The position numbers and the translations under genes were made by a program. A stretch of DNA of 64,000 bases from NCBI GenBank assembly GCA_965649265.1, contig CBFGKC010000001.1, positions 306,931 to 370,930 on the forward strand, written 5' to 3'. Below the pieces are notes generated by a model. That model saw only the letters and a list, made by a program, of their open reading frames with translations. It searched no databases and had not been told where the DNA came from. Below, one piece after another: positions 19,811-30,406 of this stretch; the stretch's first letter is position 1; each line of letters starts with the position of its first letter. The stretch comes from a candidate division WOR-3 bacterium. GTDB lineage: Bacteria; Hydrothermota; Tepidihabitantia; B3-TA06.

Positions 19811-20284
19811 TCAGAAATAAAACCGGAATCCGATGCCGCCGCCGAACGCGAATGCGGGATTAGGGTACACGATAACGAGCGGATCTACTTCCGCATAGAA
19901 GCTTATGGGTTTGTAAATATACTCCAATCCTACAGGTATCCTGGCCGCAAAAACCACTCCTCCCGGTTCGTTATCCACAGATGCGTAGGCGAGCATGTCC
20001 CCTCCTCCTCCCGCGTATGCGGCAAGAGAACCATTAGGGACTCCTTTTATCGGGAAATGGTAAAGATAACCTGCCTGGATTTCAAGCCAGCTCGAGGCGA
20101 AATCCCAACCCACTGTGGCATCCAAGGCGCTTCTTGGCGCAAGCCAGTACTTTGCACATATCCCGGTCGGCTTTCCTAGAACTAATCCCAAGCCGAATCT
20201 GCCGTGGGTAAAATCTTCAGGCCGGGCTTGAATTGCAGTAAGAGCTATTATCAAAGTCAATAATGGAATGGATATTCTTTTCAT
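19811..20284 (-). CDS. Small outer-membrane beta-barrel protein
   Basis: Signal peptide; FGLGLVLGKPTGICAKYW; RIPVGLEY; ends GGIGFRFYF. Confidence 0.8.
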   Translation of the reverse strand: MKRISIPLLTLIIALTAIQARPEDFTHGRFGLGLVLGKPTGICAKYWLAPRSALDATVGWDFASSWLEIQAGYLYHFPIKGVPNGSLAAYAGGGGDMLAYASVDNEPGGVVFAARIPVGLEYIYKPISFYAEVDPLVIVYPNPAFAFGGGIGFRFYF

Positions 20285-20418
20285 CTGACCTCCGAAAGTT
20301 AGTACTACTAGAATAACCGAGGAACAAATATTGTCAACTGTTTAAAAGCCGCATCGGTCAGTCTCCATGTGAAATGGAACCGGCTTGACATCCAGTTCTT
20401 AACGAGTATGCTAACATC

Positions 20419-21741
20419 ATGAGAAAGCAAGGCTTGGGGCTTGCCGGAAAGCTCATTATCATTTTCAGCATCCTTTTCGGACTCCTTCTGGGAGGTGTGC
20501 TTCTCATCTCCATACTTTTCTTCGGCCAGGCAAAAGAACGTGATGCAAGTTACCGTGTCGTGGATGTCATCAATTCCATTCACCTTGCACGCAAGCGGAT
20601 GGATGACAATGAACTCAAAACTTACCTCTCCGAGCTTTTCTCCACCAGGTTTCGTGCCGAGGGATACGACCTCGATATAGTAGAAATAACCATCCGTGAG
20701 GGCGACAAGATATTGCGCTCGAGGCGCGATGGAGCATCCTTATCCAAGATTCAGCGCTTCCATACGGAAATCCGCGACCCGCGCACGAAAGAGGTTCTTT
20801 ACACAATAGACCTCTCTTACTCTCTTTTGAACCTGGAGCGGGGCATATGGGAGTTGGTGTGGCGAATTGCGGTGGTCGGGGGCGGAGCTTTTCTCCTGGG
20901 AATAATCCTGATCCTGTTCTTCGCGCGAAGCAGCACCGAGCACCTTCGTACACTGGCGGCGGCAATGCAGGAGGCGGGATCGGGGAACCTCGGGGCAAGG
21001 GTTGACATACGTTCATCGGACGAAGTCGGGATTCTCGGGGACAAATTCAACTGGATGATGCACGGGCTCGAAGAGGGTGAGTTCGTGAAGAACATCTTCA
21101 AGCGATACGTCACGAGGCAGGTTGCGGAAAAGATTCTTGCCGACAAGGACGTCGTGCACCTGAAGGGCGACAGGCTCGAGATATCCATTCTTTTCGCCGA
21201 TATCCGAGGTTTCACGCGCCTCTCGCAAACCATGACCCCGGAGGAGATCATCGCGCTACTGAATTACTACTTCACCCCGATCATCGACGTCATCATAGAA
21301 AACGAAGGCGTGCTGGACAAGTTCATCGGCGACGGATTCCTTGCCTTCTGGAACGCACCGCTTCCCCAGCAGGATCACTCATTGCGGGCTTGCAAAGCGG
21401 CCATCGAGATACATAAGGCCGTAGCCCGGACGAATCTTGCACGCGAGAACGAGGGCAAGGTGCCTATAAAGATGGGCATGGGAATTCACTCGGGTACGGC
21501 CATAGCCGGGAACATAGGTTCGGCGCGCAGAATGGAATATACCATCATCGGAGAAAGCGTCAACTTCGCGGAAAGACTCGAGGAAGCCGCGGAGCGAGGC
21601 GAGATTATTGTCTCCCAGCGAGTAAAGGATCTTGTCGGCGAGAGGCTTTCCTTCAGGAGCCGCAAGATTAAAATAGCGGACTACGGGGAGCAGGAGATTG
21701 AAGTTTTTGAAATCCTTGAATCAAAGGAGGCCGGGCAATGA
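20419..21741 (+). CDS. Membrane-bound HAMP-domain class III adenylate/guanylate cyclase
   Basis: Two TMs; HAMP (SSDEVGILGDKFNWM); ILFADIRGFT, DKFIGDG, GIHSG, EYTIIGESVNFAERLE. Confidence 0.93.
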   Translation: MRKQGLGLAGKLIIIFSILFGLLLGGVLLISILFFGQAKERDASYRVVDVINSIHLARKRMDDNELKTYLSELFSTRFRAEGYDLDIVEITIREGDKILRSRRDGASLSKIQRFHTEIRDPRTKEVLYTIDLSYSLLNLERGIWELVWRIAVVGGGAFLLGIILILFFARSSTEHLRTLAAAMQEAGSGNLGARVDIRSSDEVGILGDKFNWMMHGLEEGEFVKNIFKRYVTRQVAEKILADKDVVHLKGDRLEISILFADIRGFTRLSQTMTPEEIIALLNYYFTPIIDVIIENEGVLDKFIGDGFLAFWNAPLPQQDHSLRACKAAIEIHKAVARTNLARENEGKVPIKMGMGIHSGTAIAGNIGSARRMEYTIIGESVNFAERLEEAAERGEIIVSQRVKDLVGERLSFRSRKIKIADYGEQEIEVFEILESKEAGQ

Positions 21742-22259
21742 GGAAATATTTTCCTTTCCTTGCAATCGGAATTGTTGCCTTTCTATCGGGAACGACATGC
21801 GGTGAGAAGCGAAACGACGATGCGATCGTGGTAATAATCGAGGATGCGACAATCGACGATACGAACACCGAACATCCACGCGACACGATCACTCCCAGAA
21901 GGGATACAACGGTTACACCCAGAGATACCGACGTGCACGTTACCCCTCCCGTCGAAAGACGAAAGACGACGCTGACCGGTGCCGTGGCGCTTCTCAAGCT
22001 CGACCTTGAACGAAAGGATTCGGGACGTCTTCTTAAACATACCGCCTCCCTGATCACTTCCGTTGAAAAGGAGCTTTCGAAATCACTTTCGAGCGAACGC
22101 AAGCGTGCGCTCAACCTCTTTTCTCTCAAGCTTTCGAGCTTGAAGAGGGAGGTGACACTCCTTAACCCCGACAAGGACATACCCTCCACAAAGGTTCCCA
22201 TGCTTGAATCCAAAATAGAGGAGCTTGAATCCATCGCCCGCAGGATTGAGAACAAATAG
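21738..22259 (+). CDS. Hypothetical exported/lipoprotein with PRDT repeats and helical C-terminus
   Basis: ATGA overlap with the cyclase; hydrophobic N-terminus followed by Cys; PRDTITPRRDTTVTPRDT. Confidence 0.7.
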   Translation: MRKYFPFLAIGIVAFLSGTTCGEKRNDDAIVVIIEDATIDDTNTEHPRDTITPRRDTTVTPRDTDVHVTPPVERRKTTLTGAVALLKLDLERKDSGRLLKHTASLITSVEKELSKSLSSERKRALNLFSLKLSSLKREVTLLNPDKDIPSTKVPMLESKIEELESIARRIENK

Positions 22260-22371
22260 TAGTTTCCACCCCCCCTGTATAACCTTGGTTGCCGCCGCCA
22301 GATTACGTTAACCGGAAAGGCGTGATACCGATACCCCCTGATATGTCTTTGAAAATCTCCCGAATGCAAAC

Positions 22372-23418
22372 CTATTTCTGTTTGGCCGCCTGGGCTGTAA
22401 GGTTATCCACTATAGCCTTAACGTCCCAGGTCCTCAGCACATGGTCGTCGCCGCCCGTGTAGAGTTTTGTGCCGTCTCGTGAAAGGGCGATGCCTCGTAT
22501 TGCTTCGTCATTCATTTTGAATCTTCCCATCTCCGAGACCCCGACGGTAAAGATACCCTTTTGAATCTCGGTGGTGTCGGAGGGACTCGTGATCTTGAGA
22601 AACACTATCTGCCCGGAGCCGTCAGCCGCTATCAACGTTTTCTTATCCGCAAGGAAGGCGAGCCCAAGCACGTTCTTGAGGTCGCTTTCGTACCAGCCGA
22701 TCGAGTTTAAGGGTTCGGTGTTCCAGACCTTGACGAGGTTGTTGGTGCCGCCTGCCGCGAACATGGTGCCGTCCGGGGTAAATGCCATTGCGTTGATGTA
22801 GCCGTTGGATTCCTTGGTCTTGAACGAAACACTGTCAGTAACGTCTGCAATGAAAAGAAAGCTGTCCCTGCCTGCGGTATAGAGGATATCCGAAGACGGC
22901 CTGAATGCCAGCGCGGTTACGACTCCCTCATGTCCGTCGAACTCGCCGAAGCGCTCTCTCTTTGCAACGTCCCATATGTCCACCATCTTGTCCGCAAAAC
23001 CCACAGCAAGGTACTTACCGTCAGATGAGAAATCGACGTTGGTCACCGGACCCTGGAACACGACGACCGAATCGATAAGCTGGCCGGTTATCGCGTCGTC
23101 GATAGTAAAGACCTCGTCTGCCGAGGCTGTGGCAAGGAGCTTGCCGTCCGGAGAAAAAGCCACGTCGTTGATTATGTGGCGGTGCTTTCGTATCTCCCTT
23201 ACGGGCTTGTGGGCCGATGGGTCCCAAATGGCCACAAGGCTGTCTGAGAAACCCAGGGCCAGGTTACCCGTAGCCGGGTCAACTGCGATGGCGGTAATTC
23301 TTCCCGGAAAAGTGTCGGCCGACACCGGACTTCCCTTGAATGTGACGTGAAGCGGCTTGGCGGATTGACATCCGGCGAGTGTTGCCACGATGGCCGCGCA
23401 CACTAGAAACCTTTTCAT
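22372..23418 (-). CDS. WD40-repeat lipoprotein
   Basis: Lipobox LAGC; about seven repeats of H..V..VAFSPDG..LA.....V.IWD. Confidence 0.88.
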   Translation of the reverse strand: MKRFLVCAAIVATLAGCQSAKPLHVTFKGSPVSADTFPGRITAIAVDPATGNLALGFSDSLVAIWDPSAHKPVREIRKHRHIINDVAFSPDGKLLATASADEVFTIDDAITGQLIDSVVVFQGPVTNVDFSSDGKYLAVGFADKMVDIWDVAKRERFGEFDGHEGVVTALAFRPSSDILYTAGRDSFLFIADVTDSVSFKTKESNGYINAMAFTPDGTMFAAGGTNNLVKVWNTEPLNSIGWYESDLKNVLGLAFLADKKTLIAADGSGQIVFLKITSPSDTTEIQKGIFTVGVSEMGRFKMNDEAIRGIALSRDGTKLYTGGDDHVLRTWDVKAIVDNLTAQAAKQK

Positions 23419-23431
23419 CGAAAACCTCCGG

Positions 23432-24514
23432 TTAACGTTTTATCTTGACTAATAATACCGCTGAAACTCCCAAAAACAAGAGGTTCGGAAGCCACGCCGC
23501 AAGCCAGCCTGGAAGGGTGCCGTTGTAACCGAAGGCCCTGGATGCCTGTATGGAACCCCAGAAAAGAAAGCTCAGCAAAAGCCCTATACCTATCCCGAGG
23601 GTAATATTGCTCTTGCGCAAAAGGCTGGCCGCCGAAAGGGAGATCAGGGTCACGATAATAATTATCAAAGGGGACGAAAACCTGAAGTGAAACTCAACCA
23701 GTTCCTCCGAAACGCTGCTGCCTGCGGCGGTCCGTCGTTTAATGTATTCCGCGAGCTCCGTAAAGAGCATCTCGTTCACCCTCTTTACCCTGCCGCCCAG
23801 CTCTCCAGGGGGCTCGGCTACCTCGGCAAGCGGTCTTTCCTTGAAAACCTCGTAGGAAACCTCATCCCCGTCGAACGTAGTGATTTCTACGTTTGTGCCT
23901 TTCCACCCGCCCTTTTGAGAATAGCGGGCGCGGTCAATCCTGAATGTCCTCTGAATGGAGCGTTTGGGTCCGAACTCCCATATCTTCCAGTCCGACGCGG
24001 TGCTGTCTCTCATGTTGAGCTGCTTGATTGAGTACAGCCTTCCGCTCGCGGAAAGATAAGTGGTTTCGTACACGACAACCGGCCTGTTCAGTGAACGATG
24101 TTCTATCTTTTCTTCCTTGTATTCCAGGAAGCGTGTCATGACCCTGGTCGAAACGAATTCATTAACGAAAAAGGAAGCGAGGGCAATTACCGAGGCCGCC
24201 GAAAGGAGCGGGGCGAATATCCTGAAAAGATCCACGCCCGATGCAAGCAAGGGCACCAACTCGTTTGAGCGTATCAGTCTGCCGAAGGTCAGAAAGATGC
24301 CCATTGCACAGCCTACCGGAAGCAGGAGGCTTATCGTTTGAGGCAGGTCGTAAACGTAGTAGGTTATGATCTGCAAGGCATTCGCCTTGTAGTTTATGAA
24401 ATAGGTCATCCTCTCGATTAGATTAATGAGATCGTAAATAAGAACCACGCACGCGAGGCCGAGGAGCGAGAAGAGCAGGAATTCTGCCACCAGAAAACGG
24501 TCGAAACGTTTCAT
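23432..24514 (-). CDS. lptG: LPS export permease LptG
   Basis: MKRFDRFL, SNELVPLLASGV, AAWLPNL; ATGA overlap with lptF. Confidence 0.85.
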   Translation of the reverse strand: MKRFDRFLVAEFLLFSLLGLACVVLIYDLINLIERMTYFINYKANALQIITYYVYDLPQTISLLLPVGCAMGIFLTFGRLIRSNELVPLLASGVDLFRIFAPLLSAASVIALASFFVNEFVSTRVMTRFLEYKEEKIEHRSLNRPVVVYETTYLSASGRLYSIKQLNMRDSTASDWKIWEFGPKRSIQRTFRIDRARYSQKGGWKGTNVEITTFDGDEVSYEVFKERPLAEVAEPPGELGGRVKRVNEMLFTELAEYIKRRTAAGSSVSEELVEFHFRFSSPLIIIIVTLISLSAASLLRKSNITLGIGIGLLLSFLFWGSIQASRAFGYNGTLPGWLAAWLPNLLFLGVSAVLLVKIKR

Positions 24515-25704
24515 AATCGAAACCTCTTTAAAAGAAGCGAATTTTCGAAGAACACCTCCCCGAATATCTCGGCCGTAAAGGGTAACATTACCAGGTTCGG
24601 CAGCCACATGGCCAGCCACGCGTCTATTCTTCCGCCCTTCGCGAGTTTCTCCCCCCCTATGACTAGAATGTAATAAAAAGCGAAGAAAACGAGGCTCAGG
24701 ACGATCGCGAGGCCGATTCCTCCCCTTCGGAGTTTGCCGCCGAGTGAGGCGCCGAAGAACAGGAAAAGTATCGTCGCGACTGCAAAAGCAAGGGATTTGT
24801 GAATTTCCACGTTGAGAACGTTTATCCTCGCCTTTGACGTTTTAATCCTTCTCTCAAGTTCCTTCTTTTGGAGTTCATTCCTGGCCGCTGCAAGCTCTTT
24901 CTCTGTAGCGGCGATTTGTTTCTTATTGTTTTCGATCTCCTTCATAAGCAGGGGGAGGGTCATCTCTCTCTCTGATCTGTAGCTCCGGTTGCTTCTTATA
25001 AGCTCGGTGTTGAGCTCGAGATTTATAACCTGTGTGTCGGATCTTATCCTCCTGTAGCTTTCGCCAGCCAGTTCATGGGTTTCGGCTTTATAGAGAGTCA
25101 TTACGATGTAGCGTTCGTCCGGTGTAACCTCAAGGGTACCCTCCGGTGCCGTTATGAGCGCGGTATTCTTCACCGAAACCATCACGTCGTAGATTTTTGA
25201 ATGGCGTTCGTCCATAGAACCTATGTAAATGCTGTAACCGGGGAAACCTTCGTTGAACAATCCTTCCTCGAGTTTCACGGAGGGCTTTTTGCTTGAAACG
25301 TCGGCAAGCATGTTGCGTTCCCGGTGGTTGGACTCCGGCAAAACGTAGAGATTAAAAAAAGCCATCAGGCCGGCAAGGAGGAGTGTCAGGACGAGAACCG
25401 GGAAAAAAGTGTCCACAAGTCTCACGCCTGCCGAACGCAGCGCGACTATCTCGTTATCCTGTGACAGCCTGCCGAACGTCATCATGGAGCCCGACATTGT
25501 CGCAAGAGGTACCGACATGGCCATTACGAAAGGCAACGCGTAAAGCAGAATTTCGAATACGTACTGAGCTTCTATTCCCTTGGTTATGATCAAATTCAGG
25601 AGAAGGAAGAGCTGGTCCATGAGGAACACGCCGGTCAGAACCGACCATGACAGGAGAACGGGGACAATGAATTGCCCCAGGATGTAGCGAGAGAAGATTC
25701 GCAT
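24511..25704 (-). CDS. lptF: LPS export permease LptF
   Basis: MRIFSRYIL, FGRLSQDNEIVALRSAGV, AMWLPN. Confidence 0.88.
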   Translation of the reverse strand: MRIFSRYILGQFIVPVLLSWSVLTGVFLMDQLFLLLNLIITKGIEAQYVFEILLYALPFVMAMSVPLATMSGSMMTFGRLSQDNEIVALRSAGVRLVDTFFPVLVLTLLLAGLMAFFNLYVLPESNHRERNMLADVSSKKPSVKLEEGLFNEGFPGYSIYIGSMDERHSKIYDVMVSVKNTALITAPEGTLEVTPDERYIVMTLYKAETHELAGESYRRIRSDTQVINLELNTELIRSNRSYRSEREMTLPLLMKEIENNKKQIAATEKELAAARNELQKKELERRIKTSKARINVLNVEIHKSLAFAVATILFLFFGASLGGKLRRGGIGLAIVLSLVFFAFYYILVIGGEKLAKGGRIDAWLAMWLPNLVMLPFTAEIFGEVFFENSLLLKRFRL

Positions 25705-25903
25705 GGATTAATGATAACGAGCACACAAGTGCGTGTCAACGCAGCAAGTTGACATTGATACCAAATCCTCATAGAATTACTTCCTGTGCTGAAGGATAAT
25801 TCATTCGAGAACAAGAAAGAATCTTGCGCCGTTACTCCGATTCTGCCGTCGAGCACGCGAAGGGAGAAGTAGAACCGTTGTCGGCGGTGTCTTGATACCC
25901 GAT

Positions 25904-26986
25904 ATGAAAATAGTCTCGATTGTCGGGGCAAGGCCCCAGTTTATCAAAGCGGCGATGCTTTCCAGGGTGATTGGCGGAGAAAGCGATATCAGGCACGTCC
26001 AGCTTCACACCGGTCAGCACTACAGCCCCGAGATGACGCGGATTTTGTTCAACGATCTCGATTACCATCCCGATTACGATCTGGGTGTCGGCTCCGGCAG
26101 TCATGCCGTTCAGACCGGCCGGGCGATGATCGGAATAGAAGAAGCTCTCGTGAAAGAGAAGCCGAGTCTCGTCGTTATCTACGGAGATACAAACACAACG
26201 TTAGCCGGTGCGCTTGCCGCCTCCAAACTCCAAATTCCCATAGCTCACGTGGAGGCGGGGCTGAGAAGCTTTAACCGTAGGATGCCCGAGGAGATAAACC
26301 GCATAGTCGCGGATTCGTTATCCGATCTCCTTTTCTGCCCGACTGAAAACGCGCTTAACAATCTCCGCAAGGAAGGAAGAGGGGAGGGAGTCACGAACAC
26401 TGGTGACATTCTTCTCGACACGCTCGAACTCTTTCTGCCTGTGGCCCGTGAGTCGTCAGGCATTATTGAGCGCCTTTCCCTTAAGAACGAATCTTTCTGG
26501 CTTTTGACCATGCACAGGCCCGCAAACGTTGACGAGGAATGTGATCTTAAAGAAGTGCTCGCTGCGCTTGCCGAGACTCGACACCCCAAGATAATCTTTC
26601 CAAGCCATCCGCGAACGGCCGAGACCCTCCGGCGGGTTCCCGAAAAGGATAAAAAACACATAGAGATAATTCCCCCCGTTTCGTATCATGACGTTCTCCT
26701 GCTCGAGGAGAATGCGGAACTGATACTCACCGATTCCGGTGGTGTCCAGAGGGAAGCGTATTTTCTATCCCGCCCGTGCCTTACTCTTCGCGAGGAGACC
26801 GAGTGGCCGGAGACGCTTGAAAAGGGATGGAACAAACTGGTTGGTTCTTCAAGAGAGGGAATAAAAAAAGGGATTGAATCTTTAAGCAAGCCTCGCGCAA
26901 AACCGGATTTGAAGGCGTTTGGAGGAGGCAATGCAGGTTTAGCCATGGTTGAAGAAATAAAAAAAACTGCAAGAATCGTGAAGTAA
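25904..26986 (+). CDS. wecB: UDP-N-acetylglucosamine 2-epimerase (non-hydrolysing)
   Basis: IVGARPQFIK, HTGQHY, GDTNTTLAGAL, HVEAGLRS, MPEEINR, TDSGGVQREA. Confidence 0.95.
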   Translation: MKIVSIVGARPQFIKAAMLSRVIGGESDIRHVQLHTGQHYSPEMTRILFNDLDYHPDYDLGVGSGSHAVQTGRAMIGIEEALVKEKPSLVVIYGDTNTTLAGALAASKLQIPIAHVEAGLRSFNRRMPEEINRIVADSLSDLLFCPTENALNNLRKEGRGEGVTNTGDILLDTLELFLPVARESSGIIERLSLKNESFWLLTMHRPANVDEECDLKEVLAALAETRHPKIIFPSHPRTAETLRRVPEKDKKHIEIIPPVSYHDVLLLEENAELILTDSGGVQREAYFLSRPCLTLREETEWPETLEKGWNKLVGSSREGIKKGIESLSKPRAKPDLKAFGGGNAGLAMVEEIKKTARIVK

Positions 26987-28539
26987 TGAAAATAGCGGAC
27001 CTCAAGACTCTTTCGAAAGACACCCTTATCTACGGAATAGGTAACGCCAGCAACCGTCTTGTCCAGGTGCTTCTTGCACCTATCTACGCCGCCTATCTTT
27101 CTGCCGACCGTTTCGGCATACGTTCATTGACAATTGCCCTGTATGGAATATTGCAAATTTTAATCGTTCTGGGTCTGGATCAGGGTGTAATTGCTGATTA
27201 TTACGAAACCAGGGACCTGGAGGATCGCAGAAGAGTGGTGTCTACGGGATTTACCTTCAGTGTTATCAGTTCGTTCCTGATCGGGGGATTGACGTTTCTT
27301 CTTGCAACGCCTGTTGCTCAGCTAATGGGCATAGATCCTGTTGAAGGCACCCCGATATTAAGGTTATTCTCAATTTACACAATCCTGACACCTCCTACTT
27401 TTGTATTTCTATCCTTCTTGAGAAGTGATCGTCATCCGTGGACATACAGCATTTTCAGTTTCCTTAAAAGCCTGGTTCGGGTGGCCCTTATTGCCGTATT
27501 CCTGATTCTTCTGAAACGCGAACTGAGGGGCGTTTTTGAAGCCGAAGCGATTCTTGCGGTGATTTTCTTTCCCGTTCTCGTCCTGACCGTCTACATTTAC
27601 ACCAGAGGTATCAAATTCTCCTTTAAAAACCTGTGGAGTATGATCAAGTATTCCTTACCGCTGATTCCTACCGCTGCTTTCATGTGGATTAGAAATCTCA
27701 GCGACAGATTTCTCATAAAGCTCTATTTGACCCAGACCGATGTAGGTGTTTTTTCATTTGCCGTGAATTTCCCAAATGTCCTGTCTTTTCTTATCGTCGT
27801 TCCTCTTTCACTTGCCTGGGTACCGTATGCGTTTTCAATAAAGGACAGGCCTGACCTCCCTAGTTTCATATCGCGCGTCCTTACTTATTTCTTGTTCATA
27901 GCGGGATGGGCGCTGGTGGTCCTGGGGGGACCGAGTTACGAATTCCTTAGAGTCATAGCTAAGCGTCCGGAGTACTGGCAGGGAACGACTCTTATTCCGG
28001 TACTGCTTCTGGGGGTGTGTTTTTATGGTGTTCACTATATTATTGCTACGCCGTGTAATCTTGCCCGCAAGACTATTTATTTCACAATCGCCACCTTGAT
28101 ATCATCGGTCGTAAGTGTAGTAGCAAACGTGCTCCTTTTACCAGCTGTAGGCCTTTTCGGATCCGCCTTGGCTTCACTTATATCTTACTTCGCGATGTTC
28201 CTGCCCATGTACTTTTTCAGCCGCCGCTTGATGAAAATTCAATACGAGACAAAACGGATAACCATTGTTTCGATTGTGTCCGTGCTTGTTACGACCATAA
28301 TTTTTTTGTGGCAACCCGGCGATACATTTACGAGCCAGATGATAAGCAAGCTGGGCGGCGCGTGGCTTGTAAACAACTGGTACGTTTCTTCGCTGACCGG
28401 AGCCCTTGTTATTAAAATTGTGGCTGGCAGTATACTCTATGTGGGACTGGTTTTAGTCTCGGGATTTCTATTACCTTCCGAACGAGAGGTAATAAGAAAG
28501 AAACTCTTGCCGAAAAAGCTGAGAAAGAACCAGGGTTAG
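26986..28539 (+). CDS. Wzx-like polysaccharide flippase
   Basis: Multi-TM protein; DTLIYGIG, SDRFLIK, VGVFSFA, NVLLLPAVGLFGSALA. Confidence 0.85.
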   Translation: MKIADLKTLSKDTLIYGIGNASNRLVQVLLAPIYAAYLSADRFGIRSLTIALYGILQILIVLGLDQGVIADYYETRDLEDRRRVVSTGFTFSVISSFLIGGLTFLLATPVAQLMGIDPVEGTPILRLFSIYTILTPPTFVFLSFLRSDRHPWTYSIFSFLKSLVRVALIAVFLILLKRELRGVFEAEAILAVIFFPVLVLTVYIYTRGIKFSFKNLWSMIKYSLPLIPTAAFMWIRNLSDRFLIKLYLTQTDVGVFSFAVNFPNVLSFLIVVPLSLAWVPYAFSIKDRPDLPSFISRVLTYFLFIAGWALVVLGGPSYEFLRVIAKRPEYWQGTTLIPVLLLGVCFYGVHYIIATPCNLARKTIYFTIATLISSVVSVVANVLLLPAVGLFGSALASLISYFAMFLPMYFFSRRLMKIQYETKRITIVSIVSVLVTTIIFLWQPGDTFTSQMISKLGGAWLVNNWYVSSLTGALVIKIVAGSILYVGLVLVSGFLLPSEREVIRKKLLPKKLRKNQG

Positions 28540-28568
28540 CTAATCCAGGGCATTGGCCCAAAGGAAAA

Positions 28569-29339
28569 TCAACTATTTTGCTTTTCCTGGGAGGCAGAGG
28601 ATACTTTTCTGTAAAAATGCTTTATCCGCGGGAAGACTTTTACGAGAAAAACAACGGCTAAACCGAAGTAATAAAAGGTAGTGACTCCCCACGGGTGGGG
28701 AAATGGATGGAAAAACAAGTCAAATCCAAGCGTAAGCAGCATAAAAACATATACCGATTCCATTCGTGAAAAAAACCCAAGCCATCTTTTTATGGTCCCG
28801 AGTGGTTGGGATTGATTGGATTTCTCGTTCGCAACGGGATAGAACTGAAGGATCGTATCTACTGCGGTGTGATGGAAAAGATTCGATAGCACTAAAACCG
28901 CCATAGCGATCAAAATAAAAATTAAATTGCTGCGTAAGTATAAACCGATTCCTGCTCCCATTAAAAGGGCAGTTTCTGTAATATAATGCACAATGTGGTC
29001 AAGAGGTTCTCCGACGGGAGAAAACTTTTTTTTGGAACGTGCAAGTTCACCATCTACGCAGTCCAGAAGATAAAGCAGATGGTATGCGAAGATACCCAAA
29101 AAAGCCAGGGTGTAGGAGGGGGTTGCAAGGAGGATGCCGCCTGCTATACCGACGATAAGCATAGTCCATGTTACTGCATTTGGAGTAACCGGGGTTCTGG
29201 CTAAAAGCCACGTAAGATATGGAGAAAGATGCCTGAAAAAATACCATGCGAGCCATGATTCCTGGGATTTTGGTTTTTGGGCGTTTTGCCGAATGTATTT
29301 TATAGTGATTTTTATTTCATTCGATTTCTGTTTTTCCAT
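28569..29339 (-). CDS. CDP-alcohol phosphatidyltransferase family protein
   Basis: TPNAVT; DCVDGELAR...GEPLD motif. Confidence 0.88.
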   Translation of the reverse strand: MEKQKSNEIKITIKYIRQNAQKPKSQESWLAWYFFRHLSPYLTWLLARTPVTPNAVTWTMLIVGIAGGILLATPSYTLAFLGIFAYHLLYLLDCVDGELARSKKKFSPVGEPLDHIVHYITETALLMGAGIGLYLRSNLIFILIAMAVLVLSNLFHHTAVDTILQFYPVANEKSNQSQPLGTIKRWLGFFSRMESVYVFMLLTLGFDLFFHPFPHPWGVTTFYYFGLAVVFLVKVFPRIKHFYRKVSSASQEKQNS

Positions 29340-29365
29340 GGTCCAGAATCTATCTTCTTGAATAT

Positions 29366-30406
29366 TTATTTTCCACTATAAGCCTCTTCGTATGCTTTTT
29401 TAATATCTTCGGGACTGACTTTATCGAGTACTGTGGTTCTTCCTGGTCGTGTCAGAGGTGCCTTTTTGATTAGCTTCAGGAATTCATTATATCCCAGTTT
29501 CAGTTCACCGGGCGAGGATAACAACGAATTCACTTTTAGAAACTCTTTTTGTCTCGATTGAGATGTTTCTTTTTGCAGGAGAGTCGTGAAAATAGAAAAC
29601 ATCGCGACTTGTTCGCCGTGCAGCGACTTTCCAGGGTACAACTCGTCCAGGGCGTGGCTTAGGAGATGTTCTGAACCGCTGCAAGGTCTGCTGGTGCCGG
29701 CAATTCCCATGGCGATTCCCGAGAGTACGAGACCCTCGGCCAGAGTTCGCAAAAAAGCTCCGTTCTCGAAATCGACGGTTTTGAAAGCCAGTAATTCCAT
29801 TGCCGGTTTCCGGGAAAGCATGGCGGATACTGCATCGTAGTGCTCTTGTACCCTTTGGTAGGCAAAAAACCAGTCGTTGGTTGCCGAAATGTTCGAAATC
29901 AAATCACCCACGCCGGCTTTCAGATTCTGCCGTGGTGCTGTGGCGACGATGCCAAGATCCACAAGCACGGCCGTGGGCATGTTGACCCCCACGCTTCTTG
30001 TTCCTTTTCTAAAACGTATAACCGCTACGGGAGAAGATATTCCATCGTTCGAGAGAGAAGTAGGAATGCTGACGACTGGGAGAATCCTCCGCGACCCGGT
30101 AAATTTGGAAACATCGACAACTTTTCCTCCCCCGACGCCTATTAAAACGTCCGGGCGTTTATTCTCGACAATCTGCTCAAGCTCTTCCACCTGGGGATAG
30201 GAGTTGTTTTCGATGAGGCAGATGTGAGGCTCTTCAAAACCTGAACTGACCTTCTCGGCAAGATGTTTTGTGTCACGCATGGTGACGAGAAGAGGCTTCT
30301 TGAAAAGCAGGTTGGATTCGCAGAGCAGACTGTGCGCTTTGTGGAGCAAGTCGTCTTCGATCCTTACAAGAATCGGCAACGTAACACTGCTTCCGAAGAT
30401 AGGCAT
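29366..30406 (-). CDS. Glycerol-1-phosphate dehydrogenase-like protein (EgsA/AraM family)
   Basis: GVGGGKVVDVSKF, PTSLSNDGISSP, AGVGDLISN, SRPCSGSEHLLSHALD, HGEQVA. Confidence 0.88.
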   Translation of the reverse strand: MPIFGSSVTLPILVRIEDDLLHKAHSLLCESNLLFKKPLLVTMRDTKHLAEKVSSGFEEPHICLIENNSYPQVEELEQIVENKRPDVLIGVGGGKVVDVSKFTGSRRILPVVSIPTSLSNDGISSPVAVIRFRKGTRSVGVNMPTAVLVDLGIVATAPRQNLKAGVGDLISNISATNDWFFAYQRVQEHYDAVSAMLSRKPAMELLAFKTVDFENGAFLRTLAEGLVLSGIAMGIAGTSRPCSGSEHLLSHALDELYPGKSLHGEQVAMFSIFTTLLQKETSQSRQKEFLKVNSLLSSPGELKLGYNEFLKLIKKAPLTRPGRTTVLDKVSPEDIKKAYEEAYSGK

